Shown piece by piece: positions 38,611 to 50,777 of a stretch of 64,000 nucleotides of DNA. The stretch is from Kondoa subrosea (taxonomy: Eukaryota): positions 2,917,136 to 2,981,135 of the forward strand of contig BCIN01000001.1 of NCBI GenBank assembly GCA_039545335.1. Reading direction: 5' to 3'. Both the position numbers and the translations under genes were made by a program. Below the pieces are notes generated by a model. The model saw only the letters and a program-made list of their open reading frames with translations. It was not told where the DNA came from and did no database searches. The stretch's first letter is position 1, and every line of letters starts with the position of its first letter.

Positions 38611-40727
38611 TCAATCCATGTGCAGAGTGCCGTCTTGAATTTGAACGGCGACATTGCGTAGCACTTTTGCTTGTTGAGCGATCTGTGTACAAGTGTGAGT
38701 CAACACTAACGGTCAGTCGGGAATAAAACTTACATCGCTTAACATAGTGGAGATCTTAAAATTGCTGGATACGAAACCACGAGCTTCGAAATGGACGCCT
38801 TCAGTTCGATCGGCCCATTGCTTGACCTTATCCGAAACTTCTCTGAGTAGAGGCCGCGGGCACCTTGAGAACAACAATAAGCGATCTGTAATAAAGGTAA
38901 TCTATGAGAAAGGTATTAAAGTACTGACCTAGGGAACAAATGGTGCGCGATTTGTTGATGTAGACCTCCATGGAACCAGTCCCTACGGCAGGCAAGAGAA
39001 GAGGAAATGAGTCAAATCTAACTCTTCAATTGGATTTTTGTGACGTACAACCACCTTGGGCAAGCTACATCCATAGTAGTGCGCAGTTGTCTAGCAGCGA
39101 AAGACTCGTATGGACCGATATCTTCTGACGACTGAGCGCTGTGTGACTTTGAAAATTTGCGAGATAAGCTGCAATCTGCAACAAAAGTGCAGGACAACGA
39201 ACAAGAACGATTTGGACATGTATGGGACAGGTCGTCGCAAGCGAAGTCAGAACAAAGGCGGTTCTTAAAGCCCAGCTCTTGATTGGGGAACCAGCATCGA
39301 TTGTGTAGAGGCATCCGGAATACCAAGCGTAGAAGAAAGCGATACCAGCCAGCTCGTACTTCTTCTGCCAATTGTTTGGTGCTTTAGTTGCGAGATAGTG
39401 ATAACTCTTTCCGATTAACGAGAATCTCGCTAGCAGCATCAAAGGCCAGAAGATATACTGCTGGAACGAAACTAGGAAGAGGGTGACTTTGTTTGCTGCT
39501 AGATTTGCTCGGTGATAAGTCGAATCGACTCCATCAAGCGAAGTTTTGCTGAAAGCCAGGAAAGGCAGCAGTTGAATGTCAGGATCGTGCTGTAGAACCA
39601 GTCGTGAGCTAGAGCACAAAAATGGTGTCAGACTAACCTCTGGATGATTTGGCACTGTCGTCACCGCCTTAGTCAGTACACGCCGACACGAAAGACAGAT
39701 CAGACCGAACGCACCCAAGTGATGTGTGTTGTGTTGATCAGACCACCAACCCAGACTCATTCCCATCATCCAAGAAGCGATGAAACTTCCGATCAATTTG
39801 TCCTTCGTTTGATTGCCAGTGATCTCAGTATGTCCAGCATCATGTGCTAAGAACATTGCTTGATGCCAAAAGGCGCCTAGCAAGAAAGTACAGGACAATA
39901 TTAAAAAGGTTGACCAGCATAACAACACTGAATAATGCCTCACCCAACAAGAAAGCCGAGAATAGAGTCTGCCACCAAGTTGTTGCGAACTTGAAGGTAA
40001 GAGCGAAAGCGAGAAGAAGTCCACCAATTTGCATAAATTGAGCTTTGAAAACATGAACGCGACCCTGTTCGAAAACGCCAGTTTCGATCAATTCTTGACG
40101 GAAAGCTCTGAAGCTTGTAGTTATGCGTTTCTGCTGAGCTGGATCTACTGTTGGCGTAGGTGGTTCGAGAGATTCTGGGTCACAGAAGAGAGATCCTTTA
40201 CTCCAAGATTCTGGCGTTTGACCTTTACTTTCTTCTAGCTCGGCTAAGCATTTGGTGAAGGATGGAACAGCTTTGTAGCTATCTTGATCTGTTGGCCAAC
40301 CTTTTGCAGCATGAAGTGGAGGTAAAAGTGGTTTCCAATCATTCTCTGGAGACCAATCTTCTGAGCTGATGACTCCAACAGTGAAAGCATTCATCATCTT
40401 CATAGCATAATCTGGATGATAAGCCTAGTATTGAATTTCCGGTAAATATGATAACCCCGCATGAGCCCCAAGAAAAAATGAGCCTACCTCAATCTCATCA
40501 GTTGCATCTCTTCCAACGTGATGTAGAACAGGTAGGAGGTAGCCAGGATGAGATGGGAAGTTCTGAATCAAAGCAAATCATATAAACGATAATTTCTCCA
40601 AGGAGGCTATGAAACATACGTTCATTCTCAAGACCACTAGCTGATCCTCTTTGCGTAGCATGATGAGCACATGACCAATGCTGACCAGTTGCTTGATCTG
40701 GTCTCTTGTAAGGGTTCTTGTAGACAT
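38611..40727 (-). CDS. Cytochrome b5-fused front-end desaturase (sphingolipid delta-8/delta-6 type)
   Basis: b5 domain HPGY...VGRDATDEIEAYH. His boxes HDAGH, HNTHH, QIAHHLFP. Also HDPDIQLLP and RTTMDVACP. Confidence 0.9.
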
Positions 40728-41364
40728 GGTTGGGAAGATAGCGAATCAAAGCGCAGCCTTGAATTATATCAGCAGAACGTTTCCCTTTGTTGGAGGGTAT
40801 GGAGAGCGAACAACAGCTGTTAGATAACGCGGTAGTGGAGTCTATCAAATGAGAGGAGAGGGAAAGATAATCTGACGGAGTCGAGACGCTTTCAGCTCAA
40901 GAGCCAGGACGCGAAAATGCAGCACGCCGCCTGTTTCTTTTCTAGCCGGTGTAGCCGCTTGGCAACAAAGCTTGAACGTGTGTGTGAAGGAAGGTGATGA
41001 ACAACGCAGGGGATACAGTAATACACAAGCACGAAAGAAGAGCAGAAGAATCTCCGAGATTCTAGACCGAAGACTGACATCCAACTGTGTATTTTCATGA
41101 AGGTCAAAGTATTGCAAAATTTCGCAGGTGAAAGCGCGACAGAAAGAGATCATCGACGTTCAAAGACAAGAAGCAAATGAGTTGAACAGCGTTCTGGAAT
41201 CTGTGCTGAATAATTCAGCTTATTCAGCCAAATTCGGCACGCATGTTTTTGTACCTAAAACGGCATCATGTCCTTGCTCTCAATTACACTTTCAATCCAT
41301 GCCTGTAGTTGATAAGTTACAAGGAAATCCTTTTTCCGTTCATTTCCGATGCATTTTCACAGTT

Positions 41365-42667
41365 CTACGGCTGCGGCCATCTTGTTCCGTCTGCGCCTGT
41401 CACACCCTTGTCTGCTCGCTTCTGTGCGATGTCCAAGAAATGCGCATCGGTCCGATCAATAATCTCGCCCTCATCTCCATCTTCATCGGACCCAACTTCC
41501 TCTTCTTCATCCGCTTGCCGCGAACTCGCTGGATCAAACGTCCGCTCATTGACTGACATATCCTTGACTAGCCTTGCCAGTTGTTCTTGTTTGTGCTTTT
41601 CTTTCTTGTCATCTCGTTCTGCTATCAGCCGATCCAATTCAGGTCGATAATCGCTTTTTCGCTTGCTCAGCATTAGTATTCTATTAGAATGCGCATCACT
41701 TACGCTTCATATTCCTTTCTTGCTTCTGCTACAGCTTCAAAGAATTCTGGCATCCCATCTCCAGTAACAGCAGAAACACCCACAGCCTTTTTTCGTTTGC
41801 AACATTAACATTACTCTATTTCTTGCATTGAAATTATATGCACTCACTCTCAAATTCTTGTAAAACTCATCCAGTACTAGAGACATGCTGTTCATTAAAC
41901 TACTCATATACCCACTCCCTTCTTCAGGATTATCTTCTTCCCTTTTCGCCATCAAAGCCATTTGGAAAGCTTCGAAATCCCTCATCCATTCCAGTGCGAA
42001 CTGATGGGATTGAACATCGGTTTTATTGAAGACTAGTAAAAAAGGAAGTTTGGTTTTGTACAGAATGGAACAAGCGTAAAGCATATTGGACATGAATGTT
42101 GCTGGTGCGGTCGTTCGAGGTGTATCAATAACGTAAGCTACTACTGTTGGAATAGAAGAAGCAATAGCGTCGGTGATAATGGCTCCTGAAGCTGACCAAG
42201 TGAAGATTTCTATTTGACCAGGTGTATCTAGTAAGATGTGATCCACTGTTTTCGAACGTTTCTCGATATACCCTAGCACTTGATCGAATTTTGTAGTGAA
42301 GAGATTCAGAGCTGTCTATTCCAGCATGAGACAGAGAATTTAGATGACTGCAGAGCAATGTACCAGAATGCCTCCATTTGGTCCAAGATTGTACTGCTTC
42401 ATGACTTCTTTATAATCAACCGTATCTCTGATATCGATACTAGCAAAGCAAAGAGCATAAGAACAATTACATAGCCAATTTCAAAAGATTGCAAGCTGAC
42501 TTTGCGGTGAAAGGAAGTTTGGCTACAGCTGGATCCAGGTTCACAATATAAGGAGGAGTCTTTTGAGTGTGCAAGTAGCTGTTGAGTCTCTGTAGCAGCG
42601 TAGTCTTGCCGCTTCCTGCCATGCCAATCACCACAACGCATGTTGCTTTTTCTCTTTCGTCGCTCAT
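41365..42667 (-). CDS. NPA3: GPN-loop GTPase 1 (Npa3/XAB1)
   Basis: [58 protein letters not shown]. Confidence 0.95.
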
Positions 42668-43042
42668 TCCTTTCTTTCGAGGATGCACAGGTCAGGGTAA
42701 TAAGTCAGCTGGTATTCAAAAAAAACAGGTATAGGATGCTTGCAAAGTTGAAATTGCTTGTTAGCGGTAAAAGCGATGATTTCATCACTGCAACTGTAAC
42801 ACTGCATGCAGACCAGTTGCAGACCGGAAGGAAGTGATTCCTCTAGACAACACGAAGAAGAGAGCAAACGAGTGTCATGATTTGATTCTACGTGTTCTCT
42901 AAAGCTACTGTATACCCTTCGAGCAATAGTACATTTTGATACTCATCAAGAGCTTTTCTAAGTTATCGATTGAAGTGTTGTAGAGCATAAGGATGGCTTG
43001 CCGTGACGGCAGCTTGTTTTCTCAAATCAGAAGCCAGAGCTA

Positions 43043-45302
43043 TTATGTCCATATCAGCCAAGAATCACTGAAAACGGAAAGTCGCTCACTCCTGCTCGAA
43101 CTTTTGAAAGAAGCGGAAGGTGAAGGAGGTGAATTTGGTGCAGAATAAGGATCAGCCAAATATAAAGGAGAATGCGGGATCGGAGAAGTGAAATCATAGA
43201 TTGCCGGTTCTTGATAATTGAGGTCGACAATACTTTGATCCGTCATTGTCGTCGTTTCGCTTTCATCCCCGCTTGTGATACTGCTCACGGTTTCTTCTCT
43301 CCTTCTTCGACTTTCGTAAGGCGATACGTAGGGCGAAGTAATGGGTGCGCGAGAAATGCTTGGATAGCTTTTAGTTGTAATGGGTGATGTGGAAGGTCTG
43401 TTAGGCAATCGAGACAGAGATGGTGCTGGTCCAGCGCGAACATTGACCATGGGACTGTGGATCCCCATTCAAAATCTACCGGATGCGGAAGAAATGACAA
43501 GCACTCACTCAATCAGACTAGCAACAGAATTGGACCTGACCAGAGTCGAAGGTGCGAGTGTAAGAGGTACATCTAGACTGTCCGGACTGGCTTTCCTCGG
43601 CGATGAGGAATGAATGAGTTGCGCTCGAGCGAAAGGATCATCATCTTCGGGTGTCTGTGGTGTTTGAGGTGTTTGAATAGTTAACGGTTGAGGATGTTGC
43701 GGACGACTTGGACGATGACTATGGTCTTGTCGAACAGAAATGATACTGTCCAGACTTCTCATGGCTCGTAAACCTTTTGGCTGCTGATGAGGTGAAACAA
43801 AAGGTTGAGCTTGTCTTTGCGGAGGGCGAGCAAGATTGATTGGGACAGGAAACCGACCAGTTGAGGAGCCTGCTGGTCTAGATTCGGGTTCGAATGCTGG
43901 CTGAAGATACTGTTTTGGCTTGAGAAGAGGAGAAGGGCCTGTTGATCTGTCGATATAAATTGTATTGAACTGACCAGAAGAAGAATCTGTCGGTGAGCTA
44001 TCACTTCTATGCGGTCGAGTGGGAGGCACTTCGCTTGAATGAGTCAGATCCGGTGCAAAGGCTGGTACAGGCGGTTGATAGAGCTTGCTCTTGTTCGCTT
44101 TCGTAGGAACAGACGTGGTTCGACTGCGCCCTTGATTCTCTTGATCTGGTGCTGGAGCAGGAGCAGATTTCTTCGAGCTGCTGAACATGCGGCTGAAAGA
44201 TCTGCGTCGACTGCGCTTAGGCTTTGGGTCTTGACTTGCTTCCGAGTTGACCCCACCTTGCATCGAGAGAAGTGCGTTGGGACTTAGTGCTGTAAGAGGC
44301 GAAGGAGGAAGAGGGGAAGGATAGCGTGTTGACGGATAGCTTGTTGACGGTTGTGAGAGGAATGAAGTACCAGGCGAAGGAGAACGCGAGATTCCGGCTG
44401 GCGATCTTGAACCTGGCGATCTTGAACCTGGCAGTCTCAAACCTTCTGTTTGATGATCTTGGTTATTCAATACTCGTAACAGCGGAACCTGCAAGCTGAA
44501 TCAGGCAAAAGCTCAACTCCGTGTGAATCAGACCAACTGTGTTTTGAGCTTCTCGCATCGCCCGTCGCTCTCTCTCCTCGTCAAACTTGAGCAAGCTTTC
44601 GTTTCCAGCTACGAAGACAGAAGTGACGGAAAATCGCTGAGTAAAAGCAATCAGGTAATTTGAACAAGCATTAAAGTTAATGCTCACAGAAGTATTGATC
44701 TCAGGCAATGCCAATTGAAAGCTAGCTGGAATAGCAGGTACTGGTTGACCCTTAGAAGCAGCCAAAGCTTTCTGTTTGGCCTTTGCTTTTGCTTTCTCCT
44801 TCAATTCGCTATCTCGCTCTTTGCGCAACTTCTTTTGCCTAGATCTCTTCTTCTCGTCCGTCTCTTCTTCCTCCCATGATGACTTTGGTGATTGAGGTTG
44901 AGGTTCAAGTTGGAAATCATCGAAATGTAATTGGAATGTAGGACTCTCCTTCTCTGTCACAGCATGTGACTGACTAGATTGATTGCGATTTGATTGAGCA
45001 GAAGATCCAGGTTGTAGAAATTCGGCTAAAGCAGCACTTGCTAATTCAGCTGAACTTTGACGAATGTGCGATCGAGATGGGCCCCTGCTAGAAGGTTGCA
45101 TAGCTGGTTGATGAAGTTGATGAGGACCTCTGACTGATGAAGCCAAGATTTCAATGTGATCCTGCTGCAAAAGAGGAGTCGATGGCATATGACCGTTCGA
45201 GGGAGCTCGTAAACTTGGGTTGGTCAAAGGTGTAGAGATAGTCAAGGAAGAGACGGAAGCTCCACGAGGTCGACTGCTTTCTGCTGAACTAGTCTTGTGC
45301 AT
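43043..45302 (-). CDS. Hypothetical Pro/Ser-rich low-complexity protein
   Basis: Three long consecutive minus-strand ORFs (388, 329, 141 aa) linked by short introns. No domain recognised. Confidence 0.6.
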
Positions 45303-46075
45303 TTTGCTGAGCTGATTACTTTCGAGATAGATTACTGAATTGAGATGTAGCCGAAAAATGAAAGAGGCCAGCACTTCCGCTATCCTTCCAGAGTTACTTT
45401 CTGCTGTTAGACGGTTGCAGAGAAAGAGCGAAAGGGGAAAAGACAGAAAAAACAAGCACCTGCGTGCCGGAAGTTGGAATGTTCTGTTCGCAAGGAGCAA
45501 GGCAGAGCACAGTCCACGCTGCAGGGGACACGCTGCCAGAGCGTTGGTGGTTGAGATCAAGCAGTAAGACGCCAGAGGGAAACAGAGCAAAGAAGGGAGC
45601 AACAAATTCAACTTCTGAGTCGAAAGCAATTCCGAACAAAACGCACAGACCCTCGTTTTAAGTACTGTAGTGCGTCAGATACTACCTGGCCTTGACGCAG
45701 ACGATCATGAGCTGTCATTACATGCGAGTGATCAACGCCGTGTGCTGTTGACGCGAAAAAGACGCGGTGGAAAAGTGATGGTGATGACTCGGACGAAATT
45801 ATGCCATCCGCGATCGATTATACATTGGAAACACGATATATACAGATACACACAACTTACTTCCACTTCCCAGATCACCATACAATTCTCCAATGCCGTC
45901 GACTTGGTCTGACTTGAGTTCGACTTGACGATTCAAACTGAGACATTCACATTCAAAGCAGCCTCCATGCCAGCCTGCTCGGTACCCAATCGGAGCCTAT
46001 AAGCACTATTATCAGTCATAGAGCAGATAAGTTATGAAGAAACTCACGTTTTCCAGCTTTTATATCGACCGCTGT

Positions 46076-47221
46076 TCAATAGCAGCCTCGAACTTCTTCA
46101 ACCGCACCAAACCATTCATTCCTATCAATTTTAACCCTCTCCAACCTCTTCAAGCCAGTCAAAATCACTTGTAACTTCTCTTCTGAATAACCTTCAATAA
46201 CACAATTCGTCATTCGCAAACAAATCAGCGATCGAGGTAGATGAGCTAGTGTCTCCATTCCGACCAAAAAACTTTGCAAGGATAAGAATTGTAGAACTTG
46301 ACTTGCTTTCAAGAAAGGTTCCAAAACTTGTAAAAACCCGCCTTCTTTCTCCCTTACTGCCAAAGATTGTAATTTTGGAGCAAGAACTAGTAAGAGAATA
46401 CCGACATGTTCTTGATCAGCACAGGAATCGAGAAAGAGATGAGTGAGATTAGGGAGATAGAAATCGGCTACATTGTTAGGCATCGCTCCAGCGTAAATAA
46501 GATCATAACCTTCTAGAATATGAATACTCTCTTGACCTGTTTGGCTGATAGGACAATGGAGAGTAAGAGCAGTAGCTTTCTTCAATCTCTTGTCCAAGCG
46601 TAAAGTTTTGCTTTGAGGTTGATATGACAAACCACCACCGATTTCTAGATGTTCCCTGTAGATCCCTTGAGCTTCTAGATCCAACACTTGCAAAGCGCCA
46701 ACAAAGTATTTTGCAGTATATATGTTCAAGTACTGAAAATGAATGCTTGACAAGGTTTTACACTTGAACAGAAACCTCCACAGTTGTTCTACGTGAACAC
46801 CTAGGACTTCACTTCTGTACTGTACTGGATCTTCAATTTGTAAATGTTTGATATAGCGTGCCAATTCAGGTTTACTGTTTAAGGTGTTGCAAAGGGATAA
46901 GAAAGAGTCGCTGGTGTATAGATGAATAGATCGATAAAGGACTTGTCGGACAGCAGGTAAGAGATGAGTGCAGACTATCGCCAGGTTCCGAAGTGTCTGA
47001 TAAGGCGGACTCAAGGCAGATGCATCTGACCCGTACTTGAGGAAACCAGTTTCTTCGAATTCCGGCTCAGTAACGGCTTCGATGATGCGTAAGATGATTT
47101 CTATAGGTAGCGAAGGAGTTCGCTTGAGTTGTACAGAGTCGGCTAATCATCGATCTCAGATTGCACCAAAGCTGTGTGCAAATGACATACAACTCGTGAT
47201 GATAGAAGAGATAGAAGCCAT
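46076..47221 (-). CDS. F-box/LRR-like protein
   Basis: PSLPIEIILRII...LRNLAIVC...VRQVLYRSIHL followed by LxxLxL repeats. Confidence 0.7.
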
Positions 47222-47467
47222 CGTTTACATCACGGCACAGCGAGCGCAGAGAGATAGAGAGTAAAGAATAGCAGAAAGTGGGGTAAATACTGCTGATCAG
47301 AACAGCAACCTCGTAATATACAGACAGATTCAGGCCAATGATTAGGGACTGTGAATATGGTCGAGGACCGCGGTTTCAGCCAAAGATTGAGCAAAGCCGA
47401 GTAGACAACGAAGTTGGTGTTTAGAGGTCAAGCGTCTGTCATCTTATATCAGCCATATCAGCCTATC

Positions 47468-48394
47468 ATGAGTGGCCTAGAAAGTGAGTGCACGCTGTAC
47501 GGTACTAATGCTAAGCTGACTATTGCCATTCTCTCATCTCCCTCCCTTCCCTTTGCCTGCATTGCCTTGTCCATTCGTTAATCTCACCCACTCTCAAACC
47601 TGGTACAGACAGTCTCTTCCAGCTCAAATTCACAGCCAAACAACTAAACAAGCAATCCCGTAAAGCAGCAAAAGACGAAACAGCAGAGAAAGCTAAACTC
47701 AAGAAGGTTCGTGTTTCGCTCGTCACTTTCAAAGCTCGTTCGTCGAGTTGAGTGCAACGTTGGATGAACAGGCCTTGACGCAACATAATACTGAAGGTGC
47801 TAGAATCTATGCTGCGAACGCTATAAGAAAGAAGAATGAATCTTTAAATCTATTACGATTAGCAAGTCGGTATGTCATCTTCTGCTCATCATACACACGT
47901 AAGCTTCGAGCTGATTGTAACATGAATAGGATCGATGCGGTTTCTTCACAAGTTGAAACTGCTGTGACGATGAGGAAAGTAACGGGTAACATGACTACTG
48001 TTGTAAGGCAAATGGATCGAGCTATGGAAAGTATGAACCTAGAAAAGGTCAGATGGCTGTCTAGCCTATTTCAGACAAGCTCTGATGGCGTAGAGTCTTC
48101 ATCTTACAGATTTCAATGGTTATGGAGAAATTCGAAACTCAATTCGAAGATATGAATGTTCAAACAGCGTACATGGAAGGAGCAATGGGCGATTCAGCAG
48201 CAATTAGTACACCTCAAGATCAAGTTGATTCCTTGATGGCTCAAGTAGCTGATGAAGCTGGAATTGAACGAGAACAAGAGTTGAGGTCAACGGAGAAAGT
48301 ACCAGAATTGGAAACTGCCAGTCCGATCAAAGAAGGAGTAGAAGAAGATCAGTTAGCGAAACGCTTGAGGGCTCTGAGACCTCAAACTAGTTGA
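47468..48394 (+). CDS. DID2: ESCRT-III Did2/Vps46/CHMP1
   Basis: [56 protein letters not shown]. Confidence 0.95.
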
Positions 48395-48477
48395 CATCCT
48401 AGTTGTTTTTTTATATACTTGTAGATTCCATGATTATGCATTGCTTATGTAACATTCGTTATACATTGAGTCGCTTA

Positions 48478-50388
48478 CTAGCGTACACTGACAGGCGGTA
48501 TTGATGAAGGTATAGATCCCCAAGTGAAGTTCGTAGCCTTAAAAGCAGCCAATACTTCCGCAGTCAGATCCTCCTCTTTCGGTGCATCGTCAAACGGATC
48601 TTTAATGACTGCTGTAGGTGCACCGAAAGTCGATGTACTCGGTGCACCGAAAGCCGAAACTGCTGGTTTGGATTGACCGAATGCTGAGAACCCGCTAGCT
48701 GGAGTAGTTGATCCGAAAGCACTTGTAGGTGCTGGATTACCGAAAGCAGACGGAGCACTTGTTGCTGGTGTACTACCAAATGTTGAAGAGCCAAAAGCTG
48801 TAGATTCCGATGACGAGCCAAATGCTGAAGGGGTAGAACTTGGATTTCCAAATGCTGAAGGAGTGGAACTTGCTTGACCGAAGGTTGACGGTGCAGAGCT
48901 GGGTTGGCCAAATGTAGAGAAACCAGAGGTTGGAGCTGCAGGAGTGCCAAAGGTAGATGTCGGCGCTTGGGATTGACCAAATGTCGAAGTAGCTGTCAGA
49001 CGCGTCAAAGAGGAATCTAGATTTTCGATCAAGAATCACTTGCAGCCAAAGGCACTAGGTGCAGCCGGAGCTCCAAACGTAGATGTGGGTTTTGCACCTT
49101 CACTAAGTGTCAGATTATACATTGATGTATGTCCGAATGCATCTTACCAAAAGCAGGAGCGCCAAAAGTGCTTGTCCCTTGTGCGGGTTGGCCAAAAGTG
49201 CTCGTGGATCCAAAAGTGCTAGGCTGAGCTGCTCCAAAGCTAGAAGTAGGCTGAGAAGATTGACCGAAAGTGGAAGTAGATTGTGCAGGTTGACCGAATG
49301 TCGATGTAGCTGGTTTGGCTGCAAACGCGCCGAAACCACCACTAGAAGGTGCACTCGATCCAAAAGCTGAAGGAGTAGGGTTAGATCCGAAGGCCGAAGG
49401 AGTCGAGGTGGATCCAAAAGCCGAGGGTGCTGCAGATTGGCCAAAGGTGGAAGAACCGAAGCCTGATGGTTTGCCAAACGTGCTACTACCAAAAGCTGAA
49501 GGAACAGGTTGTTGAGGTGTTGTGCTCCCAAAGGCAGTAGCTTGTGGTTTACCAAAGGCAGATGAACCGAAAGTAGAAGTAGCTTGGGGAGTCGCAAAAG
49601 AACCAAATCCACTAGGTTTGGCTGGTGTAGATGTCGCACCAAAAGCACTACTAGCCTGCCCGAAAGCTGTAGGTTTCGCAGGAGTTGAAAAGGCACCGAA
49701 CCCCGAAGCTGGAGTGGTTCCAAATGAAGAGCCGCCGAAAGCAGAAGGCTTCGCAGGAGTACCGAAAGTAGATACTGTAGTTGTTGATGGCGGATTCCGA
49801 TTGGGAGATTGGTTCGAAGCATACTCTAAAGCAGCGGGTAGGTTGCCCAAGACATTCTGAACTTGCTGTTCCATATTCTGCAAGAGTACGTTTTCTCGCT
49901 GCAAATGACTTAGTGCTGATCTGATACACTCAGAGCAAGACTCACGTTCTGACTGAGATCTCCTTTCGCCTTGTAGAACTCGCATCGCAACTCTTCTGGC
50001 GAGACATCAGTTCCAGTGATGAGCGAAGGCTCTTGTTTCGCTGGCCCAAAGACAGAGAGCTTGTAGATAGGTCTCTCCTTGGTCAAATCGTTCTTGATAG
50101 TCTCTTGGCTGCTCTTACTTGTCAGATACTGATCCTCGCACAGCAGAGCTACAACTCACTTGAACGCCAAGCTACCTGATGCTTGCGGAGCTGCTTGCTT
50201 GTTACCAAGAGATTCACCGCCAGGGTGCTCATTGCGACAGCTGGCGCCAAAGGTCTTGATCCAAACTCAGCTATTATTCCATGCTGCGAGATTTCGTACG
50301 CACACAGCGACCTTGCTGATAAAAGCTGGAAGAGACTCTTAGTTGTTGTACTGCGTGACGCGTCTCCGACTCACTGGCACACTACCAT
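48478..50388 (-). CDS. FG-repeat nucleoporin with N-terminal CCCH finger (Amo1/Nup42/NUPL2-like)
   Basis: MVVC..FYQQGRC, IKNDLTKERPIYKLSVFGP, SPEELRVAF-like segment, many SAFG/STFG repeats, C-terminal FTWGSIPSSIPP. Confidence 0.85.
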
Positions 50389-50777
50389 TCCTTCCGCTCG
50401 CCGTTCATGACAGAATACTTTGCATTATGCAAATCCATCTCGAAGGCTTCGAACTGTACAGTGCGCCTTGGGGACTAGATGTCGTATCTTTCCTCTGCTC
50501 TGGCGCTGTGCTCTTTTTATTCTAGCTCAGGCAATCTGATCGCGAAGTTTCCTTCCATGCATTGTTACAACATGATATGTACTGTTTTATCTCGTGGCCT
50601 GCTGAGGCCGCCTTTGAAATTTCCGCTTGTGGCTGCAACGCAGACGACGACGACAGCTTGCGACGCATACTAGGCAGAACACCGCACTGGCACCGCTTGT
50701 CTAGACAAAGTATTCGTCCTCATCCGTCTTGTTACCGTCCGCTGAGATCTCTGAACCAAGGGGTCACTTCGCTCGTG

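Noticed and set aside
48564..49860. Long alternative-frame and antisense ORFs over the FG-nucleoporin
   Set aside because: By-products of repetitive FG/Ser/Thr codons. The same applies to antisense ORFs over other low-complexity genes.
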